Assembly (NCBI GenBank): GCA_050290185.1
Contig: JBNKHE010000004.1
Span: 128,001 to 192,000, forward strand
Direction of reading: 5' to 3'
DNA length: 64,000 nucleotides
Source: Pontiella sp.
GTDB lineage: Bacteria > Verrucomicrobiota > Kiritimatiellia > Kiritimatiellales > Pontiellaceae
The translations under genes and the position numbers were made by a program. The notes beneath the pieces are model-generated. The model was not told where the DNA came from. It made no database searches and saw only the letters and a program-made list of their open reading frames with translations. Shown piece after piece: positions 62,855 to 64,000 of the stretch. Within the stretch, counting starts at the first letter, position 1, and each line of letters opens with the position of its first letter.

Positions 62855-64000
62855 TTATTTTTTTGAGGCGCGGATATCCTGGATCTGCAGTTGGAGGGTG
62901 GTATTGCCGTTCCAGTTGTTTTCCTGAAGGGTAAAGGCGATGTCGATTTCTCCGGCCGGCAATGCTTCGACCGGATAGTTGAAGGCAATCGCATCGAAGG
63001 AATGATTTCCGGAAGCGATCGTAAACTTGAGATGTTTCTGTCCGACCACGCGCGGCAGGCCTTTGACCTGCACGCGCTGCAATGCCCAGACCGGTTCGGG
63101 ATTGTCCTGACCGAACGGACGAAGGTTCCGGAGGGCTTCATAGAACGGCCAGCCCAGATCGCCGAAGTCGATGATCGCATCAACATGCTGGGTCGCTGAA
63201 AGATCAACGCCCTGCAGCAGCCGCGCAGCCGCTTCGTTGAATTCTTTCTTAAAGGCGTCCAGCGATCCTGGCTTGATTTCCAAGCCGGCCGCCATCTTAT
63301 GCCCTCCAAATTTATTCAGGTGACCTTCACAGGACTGAAGGCCGGCGAGCATATCAAACTCTTCTATGCCCCGGCAGGAACCGCGTGCACTTCCGTCTTC
63401 CTCAATCCCCATGACGATGGCGGGACGGTTATAGTGACGGGAAACGCGCGATGCCACGATACCCACCACACCGGGATGCCAGCCCTCTCCGGCCACCACC
63501 AGTCCAAAATGCCGGGACGGATCAAAATAGTGATCGATCTCGGCAAAGGCATCATCGGAAATCTTTCGTTCAATATCGCGGCGGTCCCGGTTATTGCGAT
63601 CCAGCAGCTTGGCAATATTGCGCGCTTCCGGCATATCGTCCGTGGTCAGCAGCCGTACCGCCTGCATCGGTTCGCCAATGCGACCGGCGGCATTGATGCG
63701 CGGGCCGAGTTGAAACCCCAAGTGACCGGTATTGAGTTCGCCGCTAACCGACGCAACCTCCTTGAGCGCCGTCATGCCGGCCCAACAGGAGGCCTCGAGT
63801 TGCGCCAGCCCGTGCCGGACAATGATCCGGTTCTCTCCAACCAGCGGCACGATATCCGCCACCGTGCCCAGCGCAACGATGTCAAGATACCGCCGAAGAT
63901 CGAGAAGCGCCGCAAGAGCATGTCCCTGCTCGCGTCCGGTCTTGATCAGGGCATGCGCCAGCTTGAACGCCACGCCTGCACCGCAAAGATTTTCCCCGCA
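62855..64000 (-). CDS. recJ: ssDNA exonuclease RecJ, C-terminal part (gene starts beyond window)
   Basis: ALGTVADIVPL..ENR, PRINAAGR, WHPGVVGIVASR, RGSCR, FGGHKMAAG, PFGQDNPEP. Confidence 0.96.
   Translation of the reverse strand, partial: CGENLCGAGVAFKLAHALIKTGREQGHALAALLDLRRYLDIVALGTVADIVPLVGENRIIVRHGLAQLEASCWAGMTALKEVASVSGELNTGHLGFQLGPRINAAGRIGEPMQAVRLLTTDDMPEARNIAKLLDRNNRDRRDIERKISDDAFAEIDHYFDPSRHFGLVVAGEGWHPGVVGIVASRVSRHYNRPAIVMGIEEDGSARGSCRGIEEFDMLAGLQSCEGHLNKFGGHKMAAGLEIKPGSLDAFKKEFNEAAARLLQGVDLSATQHVDAIIDFGDLGWPFYEALRNLRPFGQDNPEPVWALQRVQVKGLPRVVGQKHLKFTIASGNHSFDAIAFNYPVEALPAGEIDIAFTLQENNWNGNTTLQLQIQDIRASKK

Noticed and set aside
1..64000. CRISPR array, rRNA, prophage or intact transposase
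   Set aside because: No regularly spaced direct repeats with unique spacers, and no cas, phage, rRNA or transposase signatures were seen.

Overview
This is a 64 kb, roughly 55% GC bacterial chromosomal window. It most likely comes from a PVC-superphylum organism (Kiritimatiellales/Pontiella-like), inferred from the murD-LysM-ftsW order, the secreted carbohydrate-active enzymes and a PVC-type 'SxDL..W..FYR' C-terminal domain remnant. Most of it is housekeeping: icd end, purE/purD, queA, htpG, trkA with two trkH, a SWIM-SNF2 helicase, tRNA-Pro(GGG), hypB, two pseudouridine synthases, a truncated dcw cluster (mraZ-rsmH-ftsL-ftsI-murEF-mraY-murD-LysM-ftsW), a GltD-like/KorAB oxidoreductase operon, a DEAD-box helicase, cvfB and recJ. 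GH18, GH2, GH51 and esterase genes are interspersed. The most novel region is 604-8871: five uncharacterised genes in three transcription units, each preceded by a sigma-54 (-24/-12) promoter, with a palindromic candidate enhancer between two of them. They include an unannotated 54-aa protein paralogous to the N-terminus of a neighbour, an acidic-tailed membrane protein, a surface-anchored protein and a 1487-aa PAS / 78-aa-periodic coiled-coil / pseudo-histidine-kinase. Other observations are structured spacers inside the dcw operon, REP/REPIN-like and IS200/IS605-like palindromic elements, a homopolymer-frameshifted rhodanese and a frameshift-detached C-terminal domain on an esterase. No CRISPR array, integrase or transposase was seen. 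All calls rest on motif recognition by eye; no database searches were run.
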